DNA of 64,000 nt, taken from Heterodontus francisci. Lineage: Eukaryota. Shown here piece by piece: positions 13,020-26,589 of this stretch. The first letter of the stretch is position 1, and each line of letters starts with the position of its first letter. The translations under genes and the position numbers were made by a program. The stretch is from NCBI RefSeq assembly GCF_036365525.1, contig NC_090388.1:47823159-47887158 (forward strand), given 5' to 3'. A model generated the notes under the pieces. The model searched no databases and was not told the origin of the DNA. It saw only the letters and a program-made list of their open reading frames with translations.

Positions 13020-13905
13020 TGTTGTGATCCCCAAGGACCAATAAATGAAAAGAATTTAATTCACCGTCTTTAGGAACCCAATTTAGGAATCCAAAAATAA
13101 TGGACAAGATTTCACTTTCACAAATTTTACTTTAACACTTAAACCAAAAACATAAATTAAACATGAACTAACAGTTGAGTTACAATCGATGTATATATCT
13201 TAAAGGTCAAACATTAATTAGCAGATGCATCAAGGAAAGTCCTTACAGTCTGCTGGTCAGTCTCGCAGCACAACAATCAGGATTTTCTTCAGGTAGCTTT
13301 CAAGTCCGGTCCTCCAGGATGCGAATATGGAAGTAATGATGTCCTGTTGATAGCAAGAGATGCAATCTTCCCTTTAACGGTTTGGTCTTGACGCCATTCA
13401 AACCACTGTCATCCTGATGGCGTGGTTCTGCTAATAGCTTTTCAATCCATGAAGACAATGGTAGCAACTCTTATTCTCCAAAGGTCAGCTACCAGGAAAC
13501 AGGCTCCATTTCAAAAAGTCTGTCCCTTTAAAATCCACAGCTCCCAGCTTTGTCCAGTTCAGCAACCCTGGGAGACTCTTTTAAAACTTATGAAACCAAC
13601 TCTGCCAATGGCTTCTTGTGAGAACCTCACAGCCTTTTCTCTGGCTTAACACACTCTCTGGTGTTTCTTGCAAAATTCACACAGTTTTTGCTTTTCTAGC
13701 TTCACCATGAAGCTTCCTGACAAAACTAAAAGCTGCCAGTCACATGAATCTGGTTAAGAAAAATTGTTTTCTTCCCCAGTCACAAGACTGTTTATTGACC
13801 CAGCCTGGGTTCAACCTGGAAGTCCCAGCTTCAAATTAGAGACAATCTCTCAAACACAAATACAAGCTGTACAGAACTCAATTTACACATGAAGACTCCA
13901 TAACA
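13020..13905. mobile_element. Solo LTR (~886 bp)
   Basis: TGTTGTG...CATAACA termini; TSD TCAAG/CCAAG (1 mismatch); inserted in the tail of the preceding SINE. Confidence 0.75.
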
Positions 13906-13944
13906 CCAAGAACAAAAGAATTCTTTAAATTGTCAATCCTTTCA

Positions 13945-16368
13945 GTGGGCTTCAACTTGCTATAACCCCAAGTCTCCAGGATGACTTGGATCATTAACCT
14001 TTGTGAGGAGGAAGGAATTCTGGTATGTATATTGCCTAAGGTAGAAAGGATGAAGAGAAGAGGAGACAGGAAGTGTAAGATGAAGATCCTCTGTCAGCGT
14101 GAAAAAAGAGCTTGGCCAGGAAATTTGATAAGACCCGAAAACAGGCGCAGGGATCGCGAGGCACAATTAGCCTTTATCCACACTTCCAATGAAGGCAGCA
14201 TGTAAACTTTGTGCTGCCTGCTCATGTAAATGATTGTCTTGTGCAGCCAGCACTAAGCACACTCAGTGGCTGCACACTTGAGCAGGGTGTGCAAAATTGT
14301 GAGAGGCTAGTTAAAGTAGCCTACATTACTTGAAGCTAGCTTGCATCTCGTGAGGGGGAGTTGCACTGTGGCTGGAACACATGCTGGAAGTCATTGTAAA
14401 AGTGAATTTGACCTGGAAAGACACAAGAATGACATTACATGAAAAGAGCATGTTCCAAGATTTTCTGATGCTGTACTGGAAGCCTTAGTGCAGGAGGTGG
14501 AAAGGAGGAGAGATGTCATCTATCTGCAGGGGGCCACCTGTCCTTCCAGACAATCTCTCAGAAGGCAGTGGGACTCGATAGCTATGGCGGTTATTGCCAG
14601 AAGTCAAGTCCTGAGGACCTGGATTTAGTGCCACAAGAAGTTCAATGACATCACACGAGTGGTCGAAGCTAGTAAAAGCATCTTCAAATGCCACATCCCA
14701 TCATATCTGCACAACTAGCCTCACACATTGCTCAATACACTACATCCCCATCACTCAGCTACCAACAATTTCTTATCAATCACAACTCATACGATCCATA
14801 GCATCACCTTACCCTCGCACACTTAACATTCCTGCAAATCCCACACCCACATTTCACAGCTTGCACACACTTCCAGCTATTCAAACATGACAGTCACAAC
14901 ATCCAAACAAATTGCACCACACTCTCTAATACACTTCCCTCTCTCTCACAGAACCAAGTCAAATATAACCAGTGGGGTGAGCAGACACAGCTGCATGTCC
15001 CCACCATCATGCAGGACTCAGTGGTCAGTGGCAGGGCTGAAACCATGGAAGATGATGATATGCTGATACTTAATCCTCCTTCTTGCAAACAACTTCCCCC
15101 TCATCCGACAATCTATTCTAATTTACAAGCTGCAGATAGTGTAAGATGCACCTCCTTCTTCCCCCCTTCCCCTTCCTCCCCTCATAAAATCCTACCCTTC
15201 AGCCTTTTTCCTTTCAGATATCAAAGAACTGCAACCCTGGCCATGCAGTAGTGGAAGAGCAGGAAGACAGTGAGAAAGATGCAACACTGTCAATTGCTCT
15301 TAAACTTGCAGCCACCGGCTCAGATATTGATACTGCGTGTACTTTAGAGGATAGCTTAGAGGCAGGATCTGCATGTGGTGAGACACTGGGCCTGAGTGGC
15401 CTGCAGCTAGGGCAGGGGGAAAGGATCACACAGGTGCCAGCTCGCCGAAAGGCAAGGCCAACTCTCCTGCAGAGAACTCAGTTAAGGACTTGGATGGGGT
15501 GGCCTACAGAAGAAGGCTGATGGGTATGTCAATGAAATGCTTGGTGCATTAGCAGGCCTGCCAGAAAATCTGGGTCAATGTCAACAACCATTGAGCAGTC
15601 TGGCACTAACTTGGTGCAGGTCTTTGTGCAGGCCCACCCTCTCCAACACAGAAGTGGTTGCCAACTCCAACTCCAGGAGAACACTTGCAAACCCATCCAT
15701 GATGCAGCATCTGATAGCCAATGTCTCAGCTTCCATTGCAGTACAAGCAGAAGCCACCCAACATTTGGTGTTGAGTCTGAAGCTCAGATTAAAGTCATAC
15801 AAGCTTAGCTTGCTGCCACGCCAGCTCAGACTGCTGCCTTCGTAGCTGCGGATACCAATGTTCAAAGGGCCTTGCAGCTTGTCACAGCAGACCAGCAATC
15901 TGTCCTCCCAACACATTGCTAGGATTGCTGAAGTGGGGAAGTGGCAGTGGCTCCATGGAATATAAACCTGCTGTCCTCGCTCAGGATGACAGCATTCATC
16001 TTCCCATCACAGCCGCTCCATCAATGCTCTTACAGGTGCCCGACAATGAGCCACCCCAGACTGCTGCCAGCTATGCCAAGGTGGTCCAGTCCAAAGCCAG
16101 GCCTTCTAGGGCCAGAACTGGTTGAGGTCGTGCTGAAAGATCATCTGCAGTCTCCATCACAAAGTCAGCAGCCTTCCACTAGCCACTTTGCAGCCAATGT
16201 GGTAGCACTGCATAGGAGCACTAAATTGTGAACAATTCATATACATTTAAAGGACCCAATGCCTGTTTTAGGCAGCTAACAGGAATAATGCACCAACCAA
16301 TTCTGGGTTGAAAATTTCAGGCTTCATTGCACCCATTTATACCTATAAAAGGTCAAATTTCTACCCCA
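13945..16368 (+). mobile_element. Degenerate Harbinger-like transposon with Myb/SANT-like DNA-binding pseudogene
   Basis: 14450-14670 translates PRFSDAVLEALVQEVERRRDVIY...LRRQWDSIAMAV...RTWI*CHKKFNDITRVV; right end AAATTTCTACCCC is TIR-like; left end approximate. Confidence 0.65.
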
Positions 16369-16469
16369 AGTGTGAGGTAATGCTGCCTGACCTGCTGAGT
16401 ATTTCCAGAATTTTGTTTTTATTTCAGATTTCCTGCATTTTCATTATTTTACTTCTGTGCTGTTTTGAT

Positions 16470-16855
16470 TAAAATGTCTAATGGGATACTCGGAGTCCTC
16501 ATGAATTTTAGAATAAAAATGCAAGGAAGTAGTACTGCAATTATACAAAATTCTAGTCAGACTTCATTTGGAATATCAAATTCTAATTTGGCCACCCCAC
16601 ATTGGTAAAAATCCATGGAAGATTCATCAGGACCTTATCTGGGAAGAAAGGATTAAGTCATGATGAAAGACTGGAAAAACCTGGACTGTATTCCTTGGAG
16701 TGGATGAGCTGAAGGGGTAATCTGATGAAATATCTAAAATAATGAAAGGAATTGAGAGGATAGGTAGGGAAAACCCTGATTTTGGAAGAATACAGAGCCA
16801 AGGGACATTATCTAAGAATTCAAGCAACACTGTTTAAAAGCAAATTCAGGAAATA
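16470..16855 (+). mobile_element. Old CR1 LINE 3' fragment (resumes briefly after 17532)
   Basis: Degenerate KEVVLQLYKILVRLHLEY...LEKPGLYSL motifs. Confidence 0.65.
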
Positions 16856-17531
16856 CATCTCCGCTCAGTCCGCAAGCAGGACCCTGAGCTTCCGGTTGCT
16901 TGCCATTTCAACACTCCCCCCTGCTCTCATGCTCACATCTCTGTCCTGGGATTGCTGCAGTGTTCCAGTGAACATCAACGCAAGCTCGAGGAACAGCATC
17001 TCATCTACCGATTAGGCACACTACAGCCTGCCGGACTGAACATTGAGTTCAATAATTTCAGAGCATGACAGCCCCCCATTTTACTTTCATTTTTAGTTAT
17101 TTTTTCTTCCTTTTTTTTTACATTCCTTTTTACAATCTTTTTTTGCATTTATTTCATTTCATCTTAGTTTGTTCAGTTTGCTTACCCACTGTTTTTTTTC
17201 AGGTTGTTTTTCTTCAGGTTTGCACTTGCTGCTGTTCAATATTCAGTGTATTCACACCTAATCTGTACTAATGCTTTGTCTTTCAACACACCATTAACAT
17301 ATTGTTTGCCTTTGCTCTGTGACCTTTTGGTCAGCTATGTGGCCTGGTCCAATCTGCACCTTCTCCTTTGTTATCTCTTGCCCCACCCCCACCTCACTTG
17401 TTTATAATCTGTGACTTTTCTAATATTTGTCAGTTCCGAAGAAGGGTCACTGACCCGAAACGTTAACTCTGCTTCTCTTTCCACAGATGCTGCCAGACCT
17501 GCTGAGTGATTCCAGCATTTCTTGTTTTTGT
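16856..17531 (+). mobile_element. Penelope-like element 3' part: GIY-YIG C-terminus plus terminal repeat
   Basis: HLRSVRKQDPELPVACHFN...RKLEEQHLIYRLGTLQPAGLNIEFNNFRA*; 11-bp flanking duplication TTCAGGAAATA (16845-16855, 17532-17542). Confidence 0.88.
17432..17468 (+). ncRNA. Minimal type-I hammerhead ribozyme-like motif in Penelope terminal repeat
   Basis: AGTT-CCGAAGA-A-GGGTC-ACT-GACCC-GAA-ACGT-T-AACT: stem I AGTT/AACT, stem II GGGTC/GACCC, palindromic ACGT stem III; core has C in place of the canonical U4. Confidence 0.6.
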
Positions 17532-18444
17532 TTCAGGAAATATTTCTTCATTTCAAAGCTTGTGAGAATATGGAACAAAAGGGAAATTTTTTTTGTCTTC
17601 ATCACATGGGCAATAATCTGAAAGAGCAGATCTCCTGCTTATTATTTAGCCTGTCTGATTTTCATTTCATTGATTTCAATGGAATGAAAATATGGTTCTT
17701 CTGTAATGGGGTGATTATATTTTCTAAACCAAATCTGGGAACACACCGGGTGGGAGCACTGCAAAGTAGCCAGAAGGAAAATATAGGTTGCACAGCAATT
17801 CTTAGCAACCTATATTTTACCACCACCACATATACGGAACAAATGTGCACAAGTTACCACAGATGTGACATCACACTATCAAATTGCATTCAGACACCAA
17901 TTATAAATAATAGTTAACACTGTTCAGGAATGTCAGTTTTTGTAACCACTGTCTCTATGGCCTAGTCTGTGTTGGCTTAACTTTGTGAAAAATATTGGTA
18001 ACAAAACCTAAACTAGCATTTGCTGTAAGAGCAGTTTTATGATTAGTGGTACCATCGTGTTCTTTTATAGATATCCTGCCTCCAGTTGATATGGAGAGCA
18101 TTGACTGGCATATTGAATATGATACAGATGTTTCTTTTCCAGTTGGTTGTAAACATGGAAAATCCTTTTGAAGCTGGTTATTAAAGCAGCATTTATGCTG
18201 TTCTGAAAATGCCATCTTCACTTTACACCAAGTCTTAAATCTTGTATGTTCTGTATCATCCGCTATTCAGTCAGCATCGTAACTAAGGCAACTGCAATAG
18301 CGTTGCACCATCTATGCTATAGCTAATGGTAATACAAATTATAGATATGTTCTGGATATTTCAAATGCATTTATTATTGACACACTTAGCATCACTTTTA
18401 TCCAAGACAACTTACCCTACAGATTCTATGCAATGTGCTCTTTA

Positions 18445-18675
18445 TGTTGTCTGATGCAACATAAATGAGATGCGTGGAGTCCAGTTGGTTGAAGATCTCG
18501 AACAGGTTTACTACAGCTAAACTATTATATGCAGTACAGAACAAACTATCGACAGAACCTTCCTCTAGGTGTTACAGTGACTCTCGCTTCGGTCACATGT
18601 ATATATCCTAGTACTTGGCTTATTAGCATACTAAGATTTTAAAGGGACATCACTCTTAAAGACAATCATACAACA
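18445..18675. mobile_element. Short solo LTR-like element
   Basis: TGTTG...CAACA inverted termini, ~230 bp, organised like the Gypsy LTR at 47847; TSD degenerate. Confidence 0.5.
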
Positions 18676-21600
18676 CTCTGTGCCCTACCTCACTTATGCA
18701 TTAAATATATTCTAACACAAGAAATGAAAAGTTGGGGTACTCGGGGACAAGTTTTGTGAACCGGGGACTCTTCCAGGCACATTGTTTACCCCCAGGAACA
18801 CAGCACCTTAAGTGGGAACACTGTAACTGGTGGGTGATATGTTCTGCCAGAGCAACATCCATACAGCCAAGACAGAAATTTACCCCATTGTGCCAGAAAG
18901 CCTTAGATGCAAAGCAAATTGAACTGTTTAGAGGTGAGACACAGTCTGATCCTCTTATTGTCATTTAATTCAAATTATCTGATCATTCAATTTGTTAGCA
19001 CTAGATTCCTATTGGTCCTGTCATATTTAATACAAATTACTAGACAAATCATTTTTTGATTCACAAAACCAACTGAATTATCAGGGATGACTATAGATAC
19101 CTACTTGGGAAGTAAGGGGTATGAAGAAAAGGCAAGCAATTCAAATAAGAAATCTACAGCTGAAATGGCTTCCAGCATGGCACGGAAGTCTCAACAGACC
19201 TGCGCCTAATCCTAAAATTAGCATCTCAAATTCATCCCTGTAAAGCACATAGAAGCAAGCCAAACCTATTAGAAGGCTCATTACAGTGGAATCCATTTAA
19301 GAAAAGAAAAAGGTTCAGAGTTCAATAACATGAATGCTGGTCCTTTGATTGGGCTTGCAGCTCTTAGGAGTGGTCTGTCATCCTTAATTGGATACCAGCC
19401 TCAGCAGCAGCCACTTGATTGCCCATTGCCAGCAATATGCCATCCAGGGTCCTACCACTGGCCAAAGAGGGGTCAGCTCCCGCTTTCAGCCCCAGAGTCA
19501 GGACTTCACCTTCAACCCACTGTTCTTACAAATGTACAATCTTTTCCTGGAAAAGTATGTAAGTAGGAAATCATCACCAGCAAATTTTGCATTTTTGTGT
19601 CAGATGCAGAAACAATTTTTTGTTTATACATCAATTAATTTCATTGCTAATCCATCCTGATGTCATGGTCTTGACTTTGTTGTTCACTTTTAATAGTTCA
19701 CTTTGCACCAAGTCTGTTACGTGCTATGCCAGATTATTACTCAATTAAGTTGACTGCATATGTGCTTTGAATCATACATGCCATTTTTTAGTGAAGCTAG
19801 ATGGCATGGTTGTCAGACATTTTGATACCCAGGATGCCACGACTGGCCTCGGTGCCCTTGGTTCTGGAAGAAAAAATTGGATGCTGTTTCTGTTCATGAT
19901 TTACATTCTGACTGAAGCAAACGTGTATGGATGTAGGCTGAGGAGAGGATTATGCTCAGACATGATAGTCTTCAAGGTAGAATAGCCTGCCAACATTTAC
20001 TTGCTAAATTCAGAGATGAAGAGTCATGAAGCTCACTTGGCAATTCGGAATTTTACCTCAGCATGATTTAATGTCTTCAGGAGATGGGGAGGGTTAATAT
20101 AGAATTTACAGCATAAAATGAGACGATTCAACTCATCATGGCAGTCAGTGCTGGCTCTTCAACTGAAGGTGTCTATTGAAATCTACTGCCTTTTCAATGT
20201 ATCCTTTTATATATGTTTTCAAATACTTATCCAAAACCTTTTGAAAATGATGTTCAGTCTTTGCTCAATGGCTACTTGTAATTAGTATTCTATGTTGTTA
20301 TAGCCCTCTGTGAAAAAATATACTTTTAACTTCTTCCACTTTTTAATGATAACCCAGTCTATAGCCTAATTTGCTAACCAGTGGAAACATTCTTTACGCA
20401 CTCAAAATCTTTCATAATGTTCAAAAACCTCTTTGATTTCCCCATTACCACCTCTTTTCAGCGAGGACAACCACAGTTTTTCCAAGTTTTTCTTAACTCT
20501 AACCTCACATTCTATTAAATCTTTACTGTACTCTTTCCATTGTTCCAAGATGCTTCCTGTAATAAAGTACCCAGAACTCAATGTAATGTCATAGTAGCAT
20601 AACTAATTAGTTGTACAAATTCAACATCACTTCATTGCTTTTACATTCAGCGTCCTTATGGATAACTCAGAATTCCATTTGCCTTTTCAACCAAAACATT
20701 GAGGGCCCATTTACTGTTGAGGAAACACAGCCACACATCCATGTCCCTTAAAGCATTTCACGACAAAGGGAGGGACTTCTTGGAAATTTCCAGTCCTCTC
20801 TTTCAGATAACGATAGCATATTCGCAGTATTGACTGGATCAAAAGCTGACAGCTCAGAAGCCTAGGAAGGGGGCTGTTGGGAAATCTGAGGAAGGAGGTT
20901 AAATGTGTTGCTGCAGTTCCTTAAAGAGTAACCTGCACTTTCTGTGGAGGATAATTAAAACCTTTATATTTTTTTCCTGCTGCATTATCAGAACATGACC
21001 CAAGAGATTATAGGTGTACAGGGAAGGAGGGCTCGCTTTTTTGACAGTATTGAAAGTAATGCTGGGAGAGGTTGTAGCCTTTTTATGGCTACAAGGGGCA
21101 TCTTTCTGAAAAGGCATCTACCAGGGCTGCACAAGAGGTGGCAGAGCAGATTAATGTTAGGGGATCTTCCTCCCAGATGATGAAAAAGTTCAATACCTTG
21201 AAGTAGTTTACTGAGGTAAATGTTATAAATGTTCTGGTATGGCATGGCACAAGTACACACTTTCACTTCAACCAGTTGCACATTCATTGTCATTACAGCA
21301 CAGAAGGGGGCCATTTGGCCTATTACACAAAAGTTGTGGGATTTTTTGACCTTTATCAAAAGGTTTATAAAAAAAAAGTTGTTAAATATTGTGCTTTAAA
21401 ACAAAATGAATTTGCACAGTTTTACAAAGTAAGGTTAAAGTTTAAAAAGTACAGGCTGCAGGCATTTGCAGAATAAAGCCATTGAAACTGTTACTCAGGA
21501 CAATTGTGAACAAGGGGTCATTATAGCATTATGAAAAGTATTAGGAGAAAGAATTTTGATAGCGCCTGGGAAAAACATACAACCCCAACACTCGGCACAA

Positions 21601-22692
21601 TCACACATTAGAGATAGCCAAGAAAACCACGTACTCATTAACGCATAACACACACATTGCAACACCCTTTGGAGATAGGCCAACACGTCTATTAATAAGC
21701 TCTAACACAGAGATACGCTGTAAAAAAAACAAGTCCATATCTGACATTAGGAAAATTCAGATATCTAGGTTGGAGTTGGTCCTTAGCTAGATTGGCCATG
21801 TACGGTTCACATTTATATACAAGTTAACAGAATAATTCAACTAGGGTGAATCCTTTAAGTCATTCACTCGAGATTGTACCCATTTATGTATACCAGGAAA
21901 TGGAGGAGAGGTATGGTGATTTGCAAGACATGGACTCTAGTTCAAGGCTTTAATGGCACTACCAGTCTATGTGCCAGTGTAACCCTGCCCTTTATATCCG
22001 TTCATCACCATTGGTCAGTTCCTGATGCACCTTGTGCCTCAATTTCTTTTATGGTGCTCTAAAACAGACTTAGAACCTAGAGTGATACATCATTTGGTGC
22101 TCTCACATTAAGTGTTTTCTGAGGGTATCCTAAGAAGCACTGGATTGTCCTCTGCATTTTGGCCTAGTACTTGTCTAATTTGAATACTGCATTTCCCAAA
22201 CTACTGATGAAATTTTCTATTTAACACATACAAACAGCCACACATTACCCTTGATGCAAGGGAAATCAAAAGACCAATGCTGAGACATTTTGTTACTGTA
22301 CCGGTGACTATATTTGATATTAGAAATGTAATTAATTCCAATATACTGTTCTCACAATACAAAGAGCAGCACATTAAGAGTCAACATAGATTTTATGATG
22401 TCATCACTGGCTTTTCAGTATACACAGAGGTGCCAATTTGATTCAAATAACCAAAATTGATATCCTATCAAAAATTAAATGGGTTACACCAATACAAGCA
22501 GCATCAAATGCCAACAGGACCAAACGTGGTTAAACAATAAGTCACGGGTAATAAAAATACTGGTGACTCTGAACTAGAGAAACTGACTGTTTAATCGATG
22601 CTAAATAAATAGAACTGAAGTGGGCCCAATACAGTTTGGTACTTAAAGCATCCAGCCAATTTAGCACTGGTAACTGAATGCTAATATCCCAA

Positions 22693-22773
22693 TCATGATC
22701 GATCATCTGGTGGTTTTTTTCGAGCTTCGGCGTCCTTCTTAAATTCTTCAAACTTCTTATAGATATTTGGAAT
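22693..22773 (-). CDS. STMP1: STMP1 exon 3 (IPNIYKKFEEFKKDAEARKKPPDDRS*)
   Basis: Acceptor TCTTTTCAG|ATT, stop TGA at 22693-22695; resembles the human STMP1 C-terminus (IPNLAKKLEEIKKDLDAKKKPP, recalled). Confidence 0.93.
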   Translation of the reverse strand: MPNIYKKFEEFKKDAEARKKPPDDRS

Positions 22774-25403
22774 CTGAAAAGATAATGCAAGATTTGGGGG
22801 TAAACTTTCTGATATTCTCAGTAAATGTACACTTCAAAATATGGCAAGGAAATCTTAACAACAAACTTAATTGGATTGGCCTATTGAGATTCCCTCTAAG
22901 GAGGTTGGATGGTAGATCCTGGTTTTACAGAGTCACTGCCAATGAAAACCTTACTGCAGTGAAGCATACCAGCTCAACTTATTTGTGGGTTTCTAGCATG
23001 AAATGTTAGCATTTAAATTATAGTAATAAAAATGTCTAAGCCTGATAAATTGGGTGCACAATTACTTCAGTGACAGTGAAGTTTCAATTCTGAGCATCTG
23101 ATCAGAGTTCAAGAACCTTTCCACACATGCTCCTGCACTTCGCAGTTGGTAATGTGTTTTTAAACTTTCTTGCGGAAAAAAAAAAATTTCACTGTTTGAA
23201 GCTCAAGCGTGTCAGAAAACACGCAGCTCAAATTTCAGTTTTTGGATTAGTGTCCATGTTGCAGCGAAGCAGCCAGTGGCAGGGATGATGTAGCCACTCC
23301 ACACATTTGTCTCAGAATCATGAGCTTAAGGTATGACTGCTTTGTCATTGATGTCAATGCTATGGGACAATTTCCAACAGAAGCAGGGCAATTCCACACG
23401 TTCTACATATTCAGTTCACAATGAGTCTTGCATCTGAAAATCACGAAGATGATACTGCTGCTAACCTCATGTAAATGAATCCTGCATCCTACTGAGAGGG
23501 TAGAGCATTTGTGCATACAGCCTGAAGCTGTCTAGTGGCAGACTATGCCCAGAAGTGTTTGGATTCAGGTACCTATGAAAGGCAAATCCTGCTTTTTGTT
23601 GGATCTGCTGATTGCTGTTCAAGCTTCCTCTGTAAATAGAGAATTGCAGCTTTCTAAGCTAGTCAATGGAAGTCTGTCATCATGAACAAGCACCTGATGA
23701 ATGGTCTAGCTGCTGATGTTAGACCAACAGGGATAACTTTGTATTTTTAGTTAACTCCCTCCATGTTAAACTTCAGGTACTTTCTGTACAACTCCTTTCC
23801 CTATGCAAAGATATATCCCTGACTGGAGTAGTGGGAGTAAAACCACAACTTTCTTTTTTCTCTTTGGACTAACAAAACTTGTCAAAAGTTCCTTCATTCA
23901 AGTGATATTGATCACATGAGAACGTTAACCACCCTGTATCGAAGTTTTCAGTAAATTTAGGAAGCAAGTTTCTTTGACAGTCTCCCAACTTTAAGCAACC
24001 AATGACATTTCTTGAAATTCACAAGTTTCACTTCCTCCAGAGAGGTATTTTCCTTTGAGGGGAACTCTTGGGTTTTGTCTGCAGTTCTAATGCGAAATCT
24101 GAATTTCTTAGCCTGGTATTCCTGTGGATCAAGATACATGATTTACACCCTACCCACCTACATCAAGGGCATGAAGTATAGATTTTTCTAAGTTTTGCAA
24201 CCTGAATAGGTATCCACACAAGCAATGGAATTGCCCTGAAGGCACTAGTAGGCTTGCCACTGCCTCACTGACTTAGTCAATTGTGGACAAATATATTCCT
24301 GGGTCATCATTAACGGGCTGGGAAGAGGAGTTTGATTTGAACTTGATCACTGCAGGTGCTAGTCCACTACCATAACCACCACACTATTGTATTCATCACA
24401 GAAATGAGGTTTCAAAAAAGCCCAAAATTATATATAACCAGTCAATCCTGGCTAAAGGGAAGGAGAAATGAACCACATTAGGCTTGTCAGTGGGGGTAAA
24501 AACAACCATAGCCACTCTTGTACATTTAAGAAAGTGGTAATGTGGGCACACTACCCATGTACCTCACTGTGTAGGATCAGCATACAATGAGTTAAAACAG
24601 CTTTCAGTTCTGCTGAACAGGGATGCTTTGTAAAGGATGAGAAAAAAATGGGAAAATCACATCCATATCTTAAGGGCTTGGAACATATTTGGTCACTGTT
24701 TATAGTAATAAAGTTATTAAAGTGCTTGGGTGGACCATATAACCATTGGGAGAGATTGATGAACATGAGTGCATTTTCTTGGTTCCACGTTAACTGAAGT
24801 TTGAATTGTGTCTTATATAATGCAATGTAATTTAATGTTAGCATGCATGGAATATACGGATCATAGGTAGAATTGGTATAAGTGTTTACAGCGAACCACT
24901 GCTTGCTATAATCAGTTTGGAATGGTAAAGCTTGGTATCGGAGTTCGGATAGTGAATGGTAAACTCAATAATAATATAATCAAATGGAATTGATTATTCG
25001 ATTTGACGGAGTACTCATGTTCACTTATGCAGCATCAGCTCGTTAAAGACAAGGACTTGATTCTGCAGTTGTTACAACTGATGCTTGTTCTTAAGCAACA
25101 AAAGAAAATAAAACAGGAAAGAAGTCCAAGTAAGAGCATATTACTCAAAGATACTCAAGAGTTAATCACGGATCACCTTCCTTGCATCAAAACAGATTGT
25201 GATACAATGAAACCGAAAAAAGGAAAAGCTAATGAAACAAACCAGTCACACAATGTCTGCACAAGTGATTTCATAAATTTCTAAATAGTGGATTGGTAGA
25301 TTATAGAAATACTCAAACGATAACACATGAACATGCTGTTCTTGGATTAAATATATTGACTTATACAAAATTATCCTTGAAACACTAATTTTCATAAACA
25401 TAC

Positions 25404-25457
25404 CTGATAATTTTGGGCCAGATACATTCCTACAAGGTTTCCAAAAGTAAATCCTAT
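25404..25457 (-). CDS. STMP1: STMP1 exon 2 (IGFTFGNLVGMYLAQNYQ)
   Basis: 54-nt phase-0 exon, TGTTTCAG| acceptor, |GTATGT donor; GxxxGxxxGMYLAQNY family motif. Confidence 0.95.
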
Positions 25458-26124
25458 CTGAAACAGACACATATAAACATGTTACTAGGACAGAGAGAAC
25501 ACACATGCTCCTCATTAGTAGGACAGTGCAATTACACTCATACATAACACTTTATATAGGACAGGACAACTAATAATTTCTGACCATGTGTCTGCATGTA
25601 CCTAAATGTATAGTTACTGGAACATAACACTTCACACATCTAGGATTGAAATTAGTGGGAACTGGACTTGACCAAGGTTAACTTTTGATAGTCCTGTAAA
25701 AAGTGAGGGGTTATAAAAATTGAGTTCCACTGCTTGTTCTGTACTGACGAGTACTGAAGCTTCAGTTGGTGCTGCCCTCACTGTGGCAGCTAATGACATT
25801 AAAGCAGTTGAAGAGTTCTTCGCACTTCAGTGCTCAGCAGCTACTCCCACCCCAGCCTCATTGTTGCTGCAGTGGAGACACCACATCATATTTTCTACTC
25901 ACAGAGCTCTGGCAATATCACTGACAGAGCAGCTCCACTCACAACTGCCGGCCAACCTACTTGTAGTGTTTTTTCCTGCACTAGCAAAGCTTTCCAGCGT
26001 CGCTAGCCAGCGCAGCAATAAAGCAATAAAGTATTAAAAGTAAGCTGGAAATCTGAGAACATAAACAGAAAATGCTGGAATTGCACAACAAGCTCATTAC
26101 GATCTTAAGTATCCCCTCACTGTC

Positions 26125-26470
26125 ATGGACAGAGTGGATAGTCAGAAGCTTTTTCCCAGGGTGGAAGAGTCAGTTACTAGGGGACATAGGTTTAAGGTGC
26201 GAGGGGCAAAGTTTAGAGGGGATGTGCGAGGCAAGTTTTTTTTACACAGAGGGTGGTGAGTGCCTGGAACTTGCTGCCAGGGGAGGTGGTGGAAGATACG
26301 ATAGCGACGTTTAAGAGACATCTTGACAAATATATGAATAGGAAGGGAATAGAGGGATTATGGGCCCCGGAATTGCAGAAGGTGTTAGTTTCGGCAGTCA
26401 TCAAGATCGGCGCAGGCTTGGAGGGCCAAATGGCCTGTTCCTGTGCTGTACTGTTCTTTGTCATCTATGA
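26125..26470 (+). mobile_element. CR1 LINE 3' fragment
   Basis: GGACAGAGTGGATAGTCAG...TRGHRFKVRG...FFTQRVVSAWNLLP and CR1-type 3' UTR. Confidence 0.8.
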
Positions 26471-26589
26471 TAGCCATGTGCTCAGTAAAGCCTTTATTCT
26501 CACCCAGTCTGACCAATCTCTCTAGTATAGTGTCCATTTTCATTCCAAGTCCGAGGGCTACAGACTTGAGCATACCTGACACGTAAATG

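Noticed and set aside
20900-22692. STMP1 3' UTR extent and poly(A) site
   Set aside because: Several ATTAAA-type candidates (e.g. 22590, 21949) but none is decisive
22542-22790. 82-aa minus-strand ORF from the track
   Set aside because: Wrong frame; the real coding sequence is STMP1 exon 3 in another frame, bounded by a splice acceptor
23565-23683. Possible intronic box C/D snoRNA in STMP1 intron 2
   Set aside because: Box C and D words are present but there is no terminal stem or recognisable guide; expected by chance
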